A DNA stretch of 64,000 nt, from the NCBI GenBank assembly GCA_040387415.1, contig JAZKDU010000022.1:25976-89975 (forward strand), read 5' to 3'. This document shows positions 35,418-45,400 of this stretch, piece after piece; the first letter of the stretch is position 1, and the number at the start of each line of letters is the position of its first letter. Source of the DNA: Bacteroidota bacterium (GTDB lineage Bacteria > Bacteroidota > Bacteroidia > 2-12-FULL-35-15). The notes under the pieces are model-generated. The model had not been told where the DNA came from. It was given only the letters and a program-made list of their open reading frames with translations, and searched no databases. Both the position numbers and the translations under genes were made by a program.

Positions 35418-37799
35418 ATGAACGAAAGCGTAATTTATTTGGTTCCCGCATTAGGGATTTTGGGATTGATCGTAATGGCAATTAAATCTGCATGGGTTAG
35501 TAAACAGGATGCCGGTGATGCCAAAATGCAAGAGCTTGCGGGATACATTGCAGATGGCGCAATGGCATTTTTGAAAGCAGAATGGAAAGTGCTTAGTATT
35601 TTCGTTGTATTTGCAGCTGCATTATTAGCATATTCAGGCACTATCCATGAAATTAATGGTAAACCAATTCACTCCAGCTGGATCATTGCAATTGCGTTTA
35701 TTATAGGTGCTGTGTTTTCGGCATTGGCAGGATATATTGGTATGAAGGTGGCTACTAAAGCAAACGTTCGTACTACACAAGCTGCACGTACCAGTTTAAA
35801 ACAAGCCCTTAAAGTTTCTTTTACAGGTGGTACTGTAATGGGATTAGGAGTTGCCGGTTTAGCAATTTTGGGATTGGGTGGATTATTTATTGCATTTCTA
35901 ACTGTTTTTGCCGATTTAGGTGAAAACACTGTTAAAACCGCTATTGAAGTATTAACCGGTTTTTCATTAGGAGCTGAGTCAATCGCTTTATTTGCGCGTG
36001 TTGGTGGTGGTATTTATACGAAAGCTGCTGACGTTGGAGCGGATTTAGTTGGTAAAGTTGAAGCTGGAATTCCTGAAGATGACGTTCGTAACCCTGCAAC
36101 TATTGCTGATAACGTAGGTGATAACGTAGGTGACGTTGCCGGTATGGGTGCCGATCTATTTGGTTCTTATGTTGCTACTATTCTTGCTACTATGGTATTG
36201 GGACAAGAAATTGTATTGACAGATAACTTCAATGGTATGTCTCCTATTCTATTACCAATGGTAATTTGTGGTTTAGGTATTGTTTTCTCTATTGTAGGAA
36301 CTTGGTTTGTTACTATTAAAAATGACAAATCAAATGTTCAAACTGCATTGAATTTAGGAAACTGGGCATCCATGTTATTAACTGTTGTTGCATCTTATTT
36401 CATAGTAATGTGGATGTTACCGGAAGGCGATATCGTATTGCGCAACACTACATTTAATAAAATGGGGGTTTTCATGGCAATAGTGGTGGGAACTATAGTG
36501 GGCGCTATCATGAGTATTGTTACTGAATATTATACAGCAATGGGTAAACCACCTGTATTGTCTATAATTCAGCAATCCTCAACTGGTCACGCTACTAACA
36601 TCATTGGTGGTTTATCGGTAGGTATGAAATCTACTGTTATTCCAATTTTGACTTTAGCGGGTGGTATCATGGGTTCATATTATTGTGCCGGTTTATATGG
36701 TGTTGCAATTGCAGCAGCAGGTATGATGGCTACAACAGCTATGCAATTGGCTATTGATGCTTTTGGACCGATCGCGGATAACGCGGGTGGTATTGCTGAA
36801 ATGAGCCAATTACCTCCTGAAGTTCGTGAACGTACCGATAATTTAGATGCTGTTGGTAATACAACTGCTGCTACAGGAAAAGGTTTTGCAATTGCTTCTG
36901 CAGCATTAACATCCTTAGCATTGTTTGCAGCATTTGTTGGAATAGCTGGAATTGACGCAATTGATATTTACAAAGCACCGGTATTAGCTGGTTTATTTGT
37001 TGGTGGTATGATCCCTTTTATTTTCTCAGCATTGTGTATCCAGGCGGTTGGTAAAGCTGCAATGGACATGGTTCAGGAAGTTAGACGCCAGTTCCGCGAA
37101 ATTCCGGGTATCATGGAATACAAAGCGAAACCGGAATATGAAAAATGTGTTGCTATTTCAACAAAAGCTTCTATCCGCGAAATGATGATGCCGGGTGCTA
37201 TTGCTTTAATCACTCCTTTAATTGTTGGTTTCACATTAGGACCTGAAGTATTAGGTGGTTTATTAGCTGGGGTTACCGTTAGTGGTGTATTAATGGGTAT
37301 TTTCCAAAGTAATGCAGGTGGTGCATGGGACAATGCAAAAAAATCATTTGAAAAAGGAGTACTTATCAATGGTGAAATGTTCTACAAAAAATCAGAGCCG
37401 CACAAAGCGTCTGTAACTGGTGATACAGTGGGAGATCCATTTAAAGATACTTCTGGTCCATCCATGAATATTCTTATTAAATTAATGTCAATTGTTTCAT
37501 TGGTTATTGCTCCATATATTGCAGTACCTTCTTCAGAAGGAACACATGGTGACTGTGGAATGATTAAAAAAGAGTGTTCTATGGGCGGAGCAAGTGATTG
37601 CTGCAAAAATAAAATGATGGAATCAAAATGTGATATGAGTAAATGTGCTAATATGTCTAAAGAAGAATGTGCTGCATATTGTGATTCAATGAAATGCTCA
37701 CCTGAAGAAAAAGCAATGTGCGTTGAACATGCAGGAATGGGTAAAGAAACAAAAACTTGTGGAGATCATGGACACAACGAAAACCATGAACAACACTAA
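35418..37799 (+). CDS. hppA: Membrane-integral pyrophosphatase, K+-dependent and probably H+-pumping, with a Cys/His-rich C-terminal extension
   Basis: Motifs GGGIYTKAADVGADLVGKVEAGIPEDD, DNVGDNVGD, GNTTAA, GGAWDNAKK and GDTVGDPFKDTSGP. Confidence 0.96.
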   Translation: MNESVIYLVPALGILGLIVMAIKSAWVSKQDAGDAKMQELAGYIADGAMAFLKAEWKVLSIFVVFAAALLAYSGTIHEINGKPIHSSWIIAIAFIIGAVFSALAGYIGMKVATKANVRTTQAARTSLKQALKVSFTGGTVMGLGVAGLAILGLGGLFIAFLTVFADLGENTVKTAIEVLTGFSLGAESIALFARVGGGIYTKAADVGADLVGKVEAGIPEDDVRNPATIADNVGDNVGDVAGMGADLFGSYVATILATMVLGQEIVLTDNFNGMSPILLPMVICGLGIVFSIVGTWFVTIKNDKSNVQTALNLGNWASMLLTVVASYFIVMWMLPEGDIVLRNTTFNKMGVFMAIVVGTIVGAIMSIVTEYYTAMGKPPVLSIIQQSSTGHATNIIGGLSVGMKSTVIPILTLAGGIMGSYYCAGLYGVAIAAAGMMATTAMQLAIDAFGPIADNAGGIAEMSQLPPEVRERTDNLDAVGNTTAATGKGFAIASAALTSLALFAAFVGIAGIDAIDIYKAPVLAGLFVGGMIPFIFSALCIQAVGKAAMDMVQEVRRQFREIPGIMEYKAKPEYEKCVAISTKASIREMMMPGAIALITPLIVGFTLGPEVLGGLLAGVTVSGVLMGIFQSNAGGAWDNAKKSFEKGVLINGEMFYKKSEPHKASVTGDTVGDPFKDTSGPSMNILIKLMSIVSLVIAPYIAVPSSEGTHGDCGMIKKECSMGGASDCCKNKMMESKCDMSKCANMSKEECAAYCDSMKCSPEEKAMCVEHAGMGKETKTCGDHGHNENHEQH

Positions 37800-37819
37800 T
37801 AGTGTATAGTTATTAAATT

Positions 37820-37865
37820 CAAAAAAAAATCCTGACAATCATACTGATTGTCAGGATTTTTTTTG
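37820..37865. terminator. Bidirectional intrinsic terminator between convergent genes
   Basis: Perfect inverted repeat A9-TCCTGACAATCA-tac-TGATTGTCAGGA-T8. Confidence 0.9.
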
Positions 37866-37880
37866 AACACATTTTTTAAA

Positions 37881-38315
37881 CTATAATTCCCCGATATCTT
37901 CATTCCATAACGCTGGGTTATTGGCTATAAAATTTTCCATCATCTGCTTACATTCGTCCAGATTAAGGTCTATCACTTCTACCCCATGGGACTGCATAAA
38001 TTCTTTTGCACCCGGAAACGTTTGGGACTCCCCTGCATACACTTTTTTGATACCGAACTGAACAACAGCACCAGCACATAAATAACATGGCATAAGGGTG
38101 GAATAAAGCACAGTCCCTTTATAATTGCCAATCCGCCCTGCATTACGCAAGCAGTCAATTTCTGCATGTGTTATAGGGTCGCCATCCTGTACGCGTTTGT
38201 TATGTCCCCGTCCTACTATTTTTCCGTCTTTTACCAACACACTGCCAATTGGAATTCCTTTTTGACTTTGACCAAGCTTTGCTTCGTCAACCGCTGCTTT
38301 CATAAATTCGTCCAT
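37881..38315 (-). CDS. Zn-dependent nucleoside/cytosine deaminase (FCY1-like)
   Basis: Motifs GIPIGSVL, GRGHN, HAEIDC and PCYLC; C-terminal WNEDIGE. Confidence 0.9.
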   Translation of the reverse strand: MDEFMKAAVDEAKLGQSQKGIPIGSVLVKDGKIVGRGHNKRVQDGDPITHAEIDCLRNAGRIGNYKGTVLYSTLMPCYLCAGAVVQFGIKKVYAGESQTFPGAKEFMQSHGVEVIDLNLDECKQMMENFIANNPALWNEDIGEL

Positions 38316-38529
38316 AGAGCTTATTTTTAAATTTGATTTAAAAGTAATTAAATTTTGATGAATTCAAATTAGTTATTTTCTTAGTTTCTGTATTGACGCC
38401 TGGTAAATTGATAACAAAAATGTAGAACGTTACAAATACTATATGTATGATCATCCAATGGAAAATTTAATATATTTGTACTAATACAAATCAGCATTAA
38501 TACAACAGTTAATATTAAAATCTGAAACA

Positions 38530-39402
38530 ATGATTGCAGCAATAATTACTATTCTTGGAGGTGTACTGGCAGCAGCTGGCTTTTTTATAGCCAGAAAACC
38601 TAATGCGAAAGAACTTATTGATAAGATAACCCCTTATCAGGGCTGGGTTGGTATTATTCTTTTTCTTTGGGGAGTTTGGCAAACAATAAGTGTACTACTT
38701 AATTTAGCATGGATTAGTTCCAACCTTATCTTCTGGATTATCTGGGTGGTATTGGCACTTTCTAATTTGTTTGTTGGCTTTTTATTAGGGTTTGGCCTTA
38801 TCAGCAAATATGCACTAAGTAAAAATGAGGAAGCAATGGAAAAAGGCCAGCGCATCAGGTTAAAATTGGTAAAGTTTCAAATACCGCTTGGATTTATATC
38901 AATTGCAGTAGGCTTATTATTCCTGTTTTTTTACTTAGGTTTATTTATGGTCGGCTATATCAGTTTTGGTGTAATTATTATTGGATATATTATCCTGATG
39001 ATAGTGGCTGGTAAACCTCAAACTGGAGATGTGAGTATTGAATCTACTACGGTACCGGGTTCGGCACAAAAACAAAATGCCTCAGCAACATCAACTACTA
39101 CAGCTGGAAATACTTTTTATGAAATACGGATAAGTAATGTTTCGAATACTGCTATAGGTGCCACTTACAAGGTAGGAATGACTATAACAGCTAAAAAGTT
39201 TGTTGTAGACGCGAAAACAGGTAAGGAAAGAGAAGAAATGATCAATGATGAGATTCAAATCGGGATGGTAAAAGGCGGTAAAGAAATTTATCTAAAAAGT
39301 TACAGATTTACAAAAACCGTTACTCCGCTAAGTCTGACTCTTGACCAAAAACCAGATAAAATAGGCGTTGATCCATACAACAAACTGCCTGAAAGAGCAT
39401 AA
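38530..39402 (+). CDS. Hypothetical multi-pass membrane protein with a soluble C-terminal beta domain
   Basis: About 5 hydrophobic segments, a Thr/Ser linker and a C-terminal domain ending KPDKIGVDPYNKL. Confidence 0.75.
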   Translation: MIAAIITILGGVLAAAGFFIARKPNAKELIDKITPYQGWVGIILFLWGVWQTISVLLNLAWISSNLIFWIIWVVLALSNLFVGFLLGFGLISKYALSKNEEAMEKGQRIRLKLVKFQIPLGFISIAVGLLFLFFYLGLFMVGYISFGVIIIGYIILMIVAGKPQTGDVSIESTTVPGSAQKQNASATSTTTAGNTFYEIRISNVSNTAIGATYKVGMTITAKKFVVDAKTGKEREEMINDEIQIGMVKGGKEIYLKSYRFTKTVTPLSLTLDQKPDKIGVDPYNKLPERA

Positions 39403-39479
39403 CAATTTAATTATAAAGCAATACCGTTTTTGTATTCGTAAATTCGGTAAAATGTTACCAAATTTTATTATTATTTTCC

Positions 39480-41093
39480 ATGGTTGATCAAACCTATTCT
39501 CCTAATAAAACAGTAACATTAAAGGAAGAAAATCTGAATACCAAAACTTCCACAACTAACCCAATTACCGCACCTTACCCAGCTAACAAAACGGTTAGCC
39601 TGGTGGAAGAAAAAGATAGTGTTATTAAGGAGACACCTGTACTTCTGAAAGCTGAGCTAACCGAGCAATCTCAACCAGCGGTTAACGAAAAGAAAGCCGA
39701 ATCATATCCAATTCATAAAACAGTTAACATTACTGATACCAAAATAACTGCAGAACCAAGTTTGTCGGCTGAAAAAAAAGAAACACCTCAGTCCATTACT
39801 TCCAATAACCCAATTCAATCCGATGTTAGCACAATAAAGGTAGAAACAGCCTATCCTGCTCATAAAACAATTAACATTTCAGATGAAAAAGTTGTAACTA
39901 ATCAGGATTTGCCGAAACAGGAAGATAAGCCAAACAGCAACATACAAAACAATACTAATCAAGAAGTTATATCAAAAAAAATAGAATCAAACTATCCGAA
40001 ACATAAAACTGTAGATTTAACTGTTGATACAGAAAAAAGGGAAGAAAAAATACAAGCACCGATCGTTCAAGCAGTTAATAAGCCTGTTATTGCTGAAAAC
40101 ATTTCAAAGGTTTCCTATCCTTCACACAAAACAGTGAATCTGACATCAGATTCTATAACCAATTCAACAGCGGAAAAAACACCCGAAACATCTTTAACTG
40201 CAAATAACAGGAATACAACTGTAACAGAGCAACCAACACTGCAAAACAGCTCAGTGTCAAAACAGGCAAGCTTAACAGATTATCCCGAACATAAAACAAT
40301 TGTACTTTCAAAGGAAGTTGAGCAACCATTAAAAGACAATACAGCAGACAATTCAAGGGAAACAAAAGCATCTGAAGTTATTGCTGAAAAACGAGAAGCC
40401 TTATCTATTTATCCTGCTGCTAAAACAGCCATCGTTAATGAAGAAAAGCAAACATTTATAAAAGAAGAAAAACCAGTTTTGTCTCCTGCTGCTGTAAAAG
40501 CCGAAAAAACAATAACTCAAAGTGCAGTAATCACTAAAGCTAAAAAGCCTGTTTTATGGATTGCAGCAAGTGCCCTACTTCTGCTTACTTCCGCAGCTGC
40601 GACTTGGTATGGTTATCAGAAACAACAGGTGTTAAATGAAGAAATTACAGCATTAAAACAAAACAATCTAGACCTTACAGAAAGTGTGCAGCGACTGCAA
40701 AAAGATCTACACATGGATGATATCATTACAAGAGCCGGTAAGCTAGATGCTAACAATAATATTATATCACAGGATGATGCAAGTACATCTGAAGTGGTAA
40801 GGACATGTTTCTCTATTGCTGATAATCCAAATGCGCTGAATGGTAAAAAAACAGTGTTTATTCGTTTACTGGACGCTAATAACAATGTGCTGCAAACCCA
40901 AAAGGACAACCTGTTTGAATACAGAGGGAACAAAATTTCTTATTCGGTAAAAGAAGAAATAAATTATAAAAAAGCGGAAATGATGCTATGCGTTGATTTT
41001 AAGCTGGACGCCAAATTGCCAAAAGGAAATTATAAAGCAGAAATATACAATGAAGGTGTGTTGGATGGAACGGTACCATTTGAATTAAAGTAA
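39480..41093 (+). CDS. Hypothetical bitopic protein: disordered N-region with 8 YPxxKT motifs, TM helix, coiled coil and Ig-like domain
   Basis: ORF track. TM segment VLWIAASALLLLTSAAATWYGY. C-terminal CFSI...GKKTVFIRL...LPKGNYKAEIY. Confidence 0.8.
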   Translation: MVDQTYSPNKTVTLKEENLNTKTSTTNPITAPYPANKTVSLVEEKDSVIKETPVLLKAELTEQSQPAVNEKKAESYPIHKTVNITDTKITAEPSLSAEKKETPQSITSNNPIQSDVSTIKVETAYPAHKTINISDEKVVTNQDLPKQEDKPNSNIQNNTNQEVISKKIESNYPKHKTVDLTVDTEKREEKIQAPIVQAVNKPVIAENISKVSYPSHKTVNLTSDSITNSTAEKTPETSLTANNRNTTVTEQPTLQNSSVSKQASLTDYPEHKTIVLSKEVEQPLKDNTADNSRETKASEVIAEKREALSIYPAAKTAIVNEEKQTFIKEEKPVLSPAAVKAEKTITQSAVITKAKKPVLWIAASALLLLTSAAATWYGYQKQQVLNEEITALKQNNLDLTESVQRLQKDLHMDDIITRAGKLDANNNIISQDDASTSEVVRTCFSIADNPNALNGKKTVFIRLLDANNNVLQTQKDNLFEYRGNKISYSVKEEINYKKAEMMLCVDFKLDAKLPKGNYKAEIYNEGVLDGTVPFELK

Positions 41094-41132
41094 GAAGCCA
41101 TCAAACAACCTATACCAATAATATAAAACACT

Positions 41133-41645
41133 ATGACGGAAAATAATGATGATTTAGAAAAGTATTTCGATTCCAAAGAATACATTACTCAGATAATTGG
41201 GAGAGACAATGATACGGAAGCGGAACCTGCAGACGAAAATAAAATCACTAACCTGATTTCATTATTGACAGACCCTGCAAATAAAAGTTTAAAAGAATCA
41301 ACGCTGTTAACTTTAAAAACAGAAAAAGGCCATGAACTTTTGTTAGTAGCTATTGCAAGCCCTGAAGGTAAAGCGCAGCGGCATAAACTTGTTGCAGCCT
41401 GCTGGGAGTCAGAAATTAATTTTAGTAATTATTTACCATTTTTTATACTGCTCGCATTAGATAATGATTATTTAATTTCCCTTGAAGCGATCACAGTTAT
41501 TTCAACAATGGAAGGCCCTTTTAATAAGGACCATGTAACAGAGGGCATCAAAAAAGTAAAAGCTGCAAAAAAAGATATTACTACCGAAAAAGTAGTTTTG
41601 TTGAATGATCTGGTTGTTACGCTGGAAGGATTTCTTACTGAATAA
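41133..41645 (+). CDS. Hypothetical alpha-helical (HEAT-like) protein
   Basis: 170-aa ORF, 39 bp after the previous gene; contains LVAACWES and LEAITVI. Confidence 0.7.
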   Translation: MTENNDDLEKYFDSKEYITQIIGRDNDTEAEPADENKITNLISLLTDPANKSLKESTLLTLKTEKGHELLLVAIASPEGKAQRHKLVAACWESEINFSNYLPFFILLALDNDYLISLEAITVISTMEGPFNKDHVTEGIKKVKAAKKDITTEKVVLLNDLVVTLEGFLTE

Positions 41646-41681
41646 ATAGTACATACAAACCACACTTAACCTATCATTGGT

Positions 41682-42158
41682 ATGATAACAAGCATAATAT
41701 ATCCAGTATTGCTATTTGGAACTGTTGCTTTCTTTATCTACCTGATAAAGAAACAATATTTTAAATCGGTTGAAAATTTCGAGCATTTAGAAATCGAAAA
41801 AAAATATTTATTACGTACCGTAGGTCAATTCAAAATTGATGATAGCAAAATAGTATCTGATTCCTATACTGAGGTAATTGTTTATATCTATGAGAAATAT
41901 TTGATCGCGACAACTCCTGGTACAAGTAATAACCAACCCTTAAAAAATATTTTGTTTTATAAAACGGAACCTCAACTTGACCAAATAAATACTTTTGCAA
42001 AAGCTCAAATTAATACAACGGAATTTTCAGATAATTCATTAGCAATATCGGCTAATATCAAGGAGCATTCATCCAACTCTTCCAACGAGCAAACCGATTG
42101 TTATCTGCTATTTGCCCATATTGATGAGCAGACAAAACTAATAATTGAGAATTTCTGA
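41682..42158 (+). CDS. Hypothetical protein with an N-terminal membrane anchor
   Basis: 158-aa ORF with a hydrophobic first 22 aa, co-oriented and closely spaced with the upstream genes. Confidence 0.65.
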   Translation: MITSIIYPVLLFGTVAFFIYLIKKQYFKSVENFEHLEIEKKYLLRTVGQFKIDDSKIVSDSYTEVIVYIYEKYLIATTPGTSNNQPLKNILFYKTEPQLDQINTFAKAQINTTEFSDNSLAISANIKEHSSNSSNEQTDCYLLFAHIDEQTKLIIENF

Positions 42159-42165
42159 AAAGGTC

Positions 42166-42465
42166 CTACTCTATCTCCGCAGTTAAATTACGCTCCAGCA
42201 ATGCAGTACAAATAGGCTCTAATTCTTCATACGTTCCCTTTTTAATGGAGCATTTACCTTTATAATGTACCAGGAAGGCACATTGTTCAGCCTGCAGAGA
42301 ATCATGTTTACAAAGCTTTATAAGAGATTCAATTACATAATCAAAAGTGTTAAAATCGTCATTATAGAGTATAATTTGATTTAATTCAATTTCCTGCTCT
42401 TCTGTTTCAACCAGTACATCCGATTTTGTATCAAATTCGTGTTGTTGTTTATCGAAACCTTTCAT
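42166..42465 (-). CDS. clpS: ATP-dependent Clp protease adaptor ClpS
   Basis: Motifs ILYNDDFNTFDYVI, QAEQCAFLVHYKGKC and LTAEIE. Confidence 0.93.
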   Translation of the reverse strand: MKGFDKQQHEFDTKSDVLVETEEQEIELNQIILYNDDFNTFDYVIESLIKLCKHDSLQAEQCAFLVHYKGKCSIKKGTYEELEPICTALLERNLTAEIE

Positions 42466-42475
42466 TCTGAAAATT

Positions 42476-45400
42476 CTATTTTATTTGTTTAGCTTCATCT
42501 ACAGATATTTTGTCGCCATCACGGTATGCCACTACAAAGGCATCTATGAGACCTTCTGCAACTACTTCTGCTTTCAACGCATTTGCTTCGTTATAGGTTT
42601 TTAAACTGCCAACCGTATAGATGGTTAAGCCCGCATTATCCTTGTAATTTTTAATTCCTCTACCGGCAATTTTCAAAAATTTGTTTGCCATTTCTACAGG
42701 AACCTCTTCATTAAAGGCACCTATCTGAACTTTAAATATAATACCGGATTCTGCTTCCATTGTATTGTTCTGACCTGCGGCAACCTTTAGTTGTTCCGTA
42801 ACAGGATTCACAACTGCAACTTTCGGTTGATCTTCTGTCTGCTCTTCATCAACAGTTGGATTTGTTACTAGTGCCGTCCGTTGAGGATTAGCAACAAAAG
42901 TAGGCAGCTTATTCATTACAGGAGAAGTAGAAAACACGGCATCGCCCTGTGTTTCGTATTGTTTTGCTTCCGGCAATGAAATACGTTTACCATTATAATA
43001 TGCAGTAACGAAAGCATCACGAGCACCGATATCCACAACCATATCTTTAGCTTCAGACGCACGGCCAACTGTTTTATAAACGCCTGTATAATAACGTATA
43101 TAACCATTAGGTGCTGTTTCAGTATATAATGGCGACATGCTATACAATTTAGAGGCTAACACAGGCTTAGAAAATACCCCTACCTGTACCGTATAAAACA
43201 AACCAGTAACTGTTGTAAGGCTTTGCGATTTAGCAATTGCAGCAGGATTATTAGTCGTTGTTGAATTGACTGCTAACGAATTATTTTCTGTTTGATTATT
43301 TTGCAATGTAGTTGTATTCGTCCCATTATTCACTTGTAAAACAGTAGCTGGAGTACCTTCCGCCATGGCATAAGCTTCATTGATAGGAATGCGTTTTCCG
43401 TTTAAAAATGCTACAACAAAGGCATCTTTATATCCCATTTCAATAATTTTACTTTTCACATTATCAGCTGTTGTGAATTTTGAAAACACTCCGGCAGTAT
43501 AACGTATAAAGCCTTTAGGAGTTGTTTCTCCTGTAACCGGCATCATCCCCTGAAACAAGTTTTGAGGTATAGCTTTGCGGAAAGCTCCAATTTGAACTTT
43601 GAATATCAAGCCGTCAGGCAATTTTTGATTTATAGGGATCGGATTTTTAGCTGAATAAACAGGAACTGATTTCTGTTCGAACAATTCATTAGGTGCCAGT
43701 GTTATTCCTGATGATGCCTTAGTTAATGTATTTGTTGCAACCTCGGTATTCACTGCGGGAGTATTTGTATTTCCCTCATCAATTGTATTGTTTGAAACAT
43801 TTACAGAATTTATGTTTGTGTTACTTGCAACTGTATTTAAAGCTACAGCAACAAAATCAGGATTATAGCTCCTATAAATATCTAATGACGATTTTTGTTT
43901 TTCCAAAGCCAGCATTTCATTTTTAGCCGCTTCCTCTAAAGCAGTTTCTTTGGTGTAGTATGAATTTGTAGCAGCAGCTTCCTTACGCTTTGTTTTCGCT
44001 TTGTCAAAATAGCGTTGCGCTTCATCATTCATTATTTCTGCTTTTAAAAGATCAGCAGCTGTATTGTTAGCAGACACTGCAGCAAGCTGGTTCACTTGAT
44101 TTTGATTAGAAGCATATTCAGTTGCATTAGCAGCTGCCGTTAGTTGCGCAGCCTCCAATTTCTTTGTCTGCGCTTCTTTTATTAGTTCTTCAGACTGGGC
44201 ATACATTGTATTTTTTGCATCGTTATTACTTTGAGTTACCGCCTGCGTTTTTAATTCAAGTGACAGAGCTGTTATATCAGCAGCCTGTTTATTTAACGAA
44301 GCAGCTTTCACACTCTGTTCCATAGCAGCAGAAGAACTGTAATCAAACTGCTTTTCAGCTGTACTGTTTACTGTTTCATCACCACTTGCTGTCCCCGCTG
44401 AGGCTGAAGTGTTATTTGAATTGCCTGTAGTATTAGCTGTAGTATTCACTGCAGAAGTATTTACTGCGGTTGTATTGCTAGATGCAGTATTATCAGTATT
44501 AGTAGTATTATTGGTATTATTAGTATTATTAGTATTATTAGTATTAGTATTAGTATTAGTATTAGTATTGGAATTAGTATTGGAATTAGTATTGGAATTA
44601 GTATTGGAATTGGAATTGGAATTGGTTGTTGTATTCGCTGATGCAATGGAGTTATCAGGATTATAACTTTTATAAATATCCAACGATTCCTTTTGTTTTT
44701 TTAAAGCGATCAGTTCATTGTCATGCGCATCTTCTAACAATGTTTCTTTTGCAAAATAAGAAGTAGCTTGCTCGGCATTTTTACGTTGCAACGCACCTCT
44801 GTCAAAATATTTTTGAGATTCATCGTTTAACAATTCCGCTTTTAACAGGTCGGGAGCCATATTTGTTTCCGAAGCCTTTGCTAACTCAGCCACTTGATTT
44901 TTATTTGCAACATATTCAGCATTATCAGCATCCGCGATCAATTCAGCTGCTTGCAATCTTTTTGACTGAGATTCCTTAACTAACTCCAACGATTTTGCCT
45001 TATTTTCCTTTGTTTTTACTGTAGTTTCCGGAATTACAGATTGTGCCATTAGGATGTCTGCCTCATCATTCAAAATAATCGCCCTTGCCATAAATTGTGA
45101 GGCTTCAGGGTTAACATATCCAAATTTCTTTTCAGAAACCTCCGGAGCAGTATTCGTTTTATTATCGGTAGTAGTTGCTGCTATTGCATTAACAGTAGTT
45201 GGAGTAAAATCAGGATTATACTGTTTATAGAGGTCTAATGATTCCTTTTGTTTTTTCAGGGCAATTATTTCATTGTCATGCGCATCTTCTAATAAGGTTT
45301 CCTTTGCGTAATAAGAAGTAGCTTTATCCACATTTTTACGTTGTGTAGCGCCTTTTTCAAAATATTTCTGAGACTCATCAAACAATAGTTCCGCCTTTAA

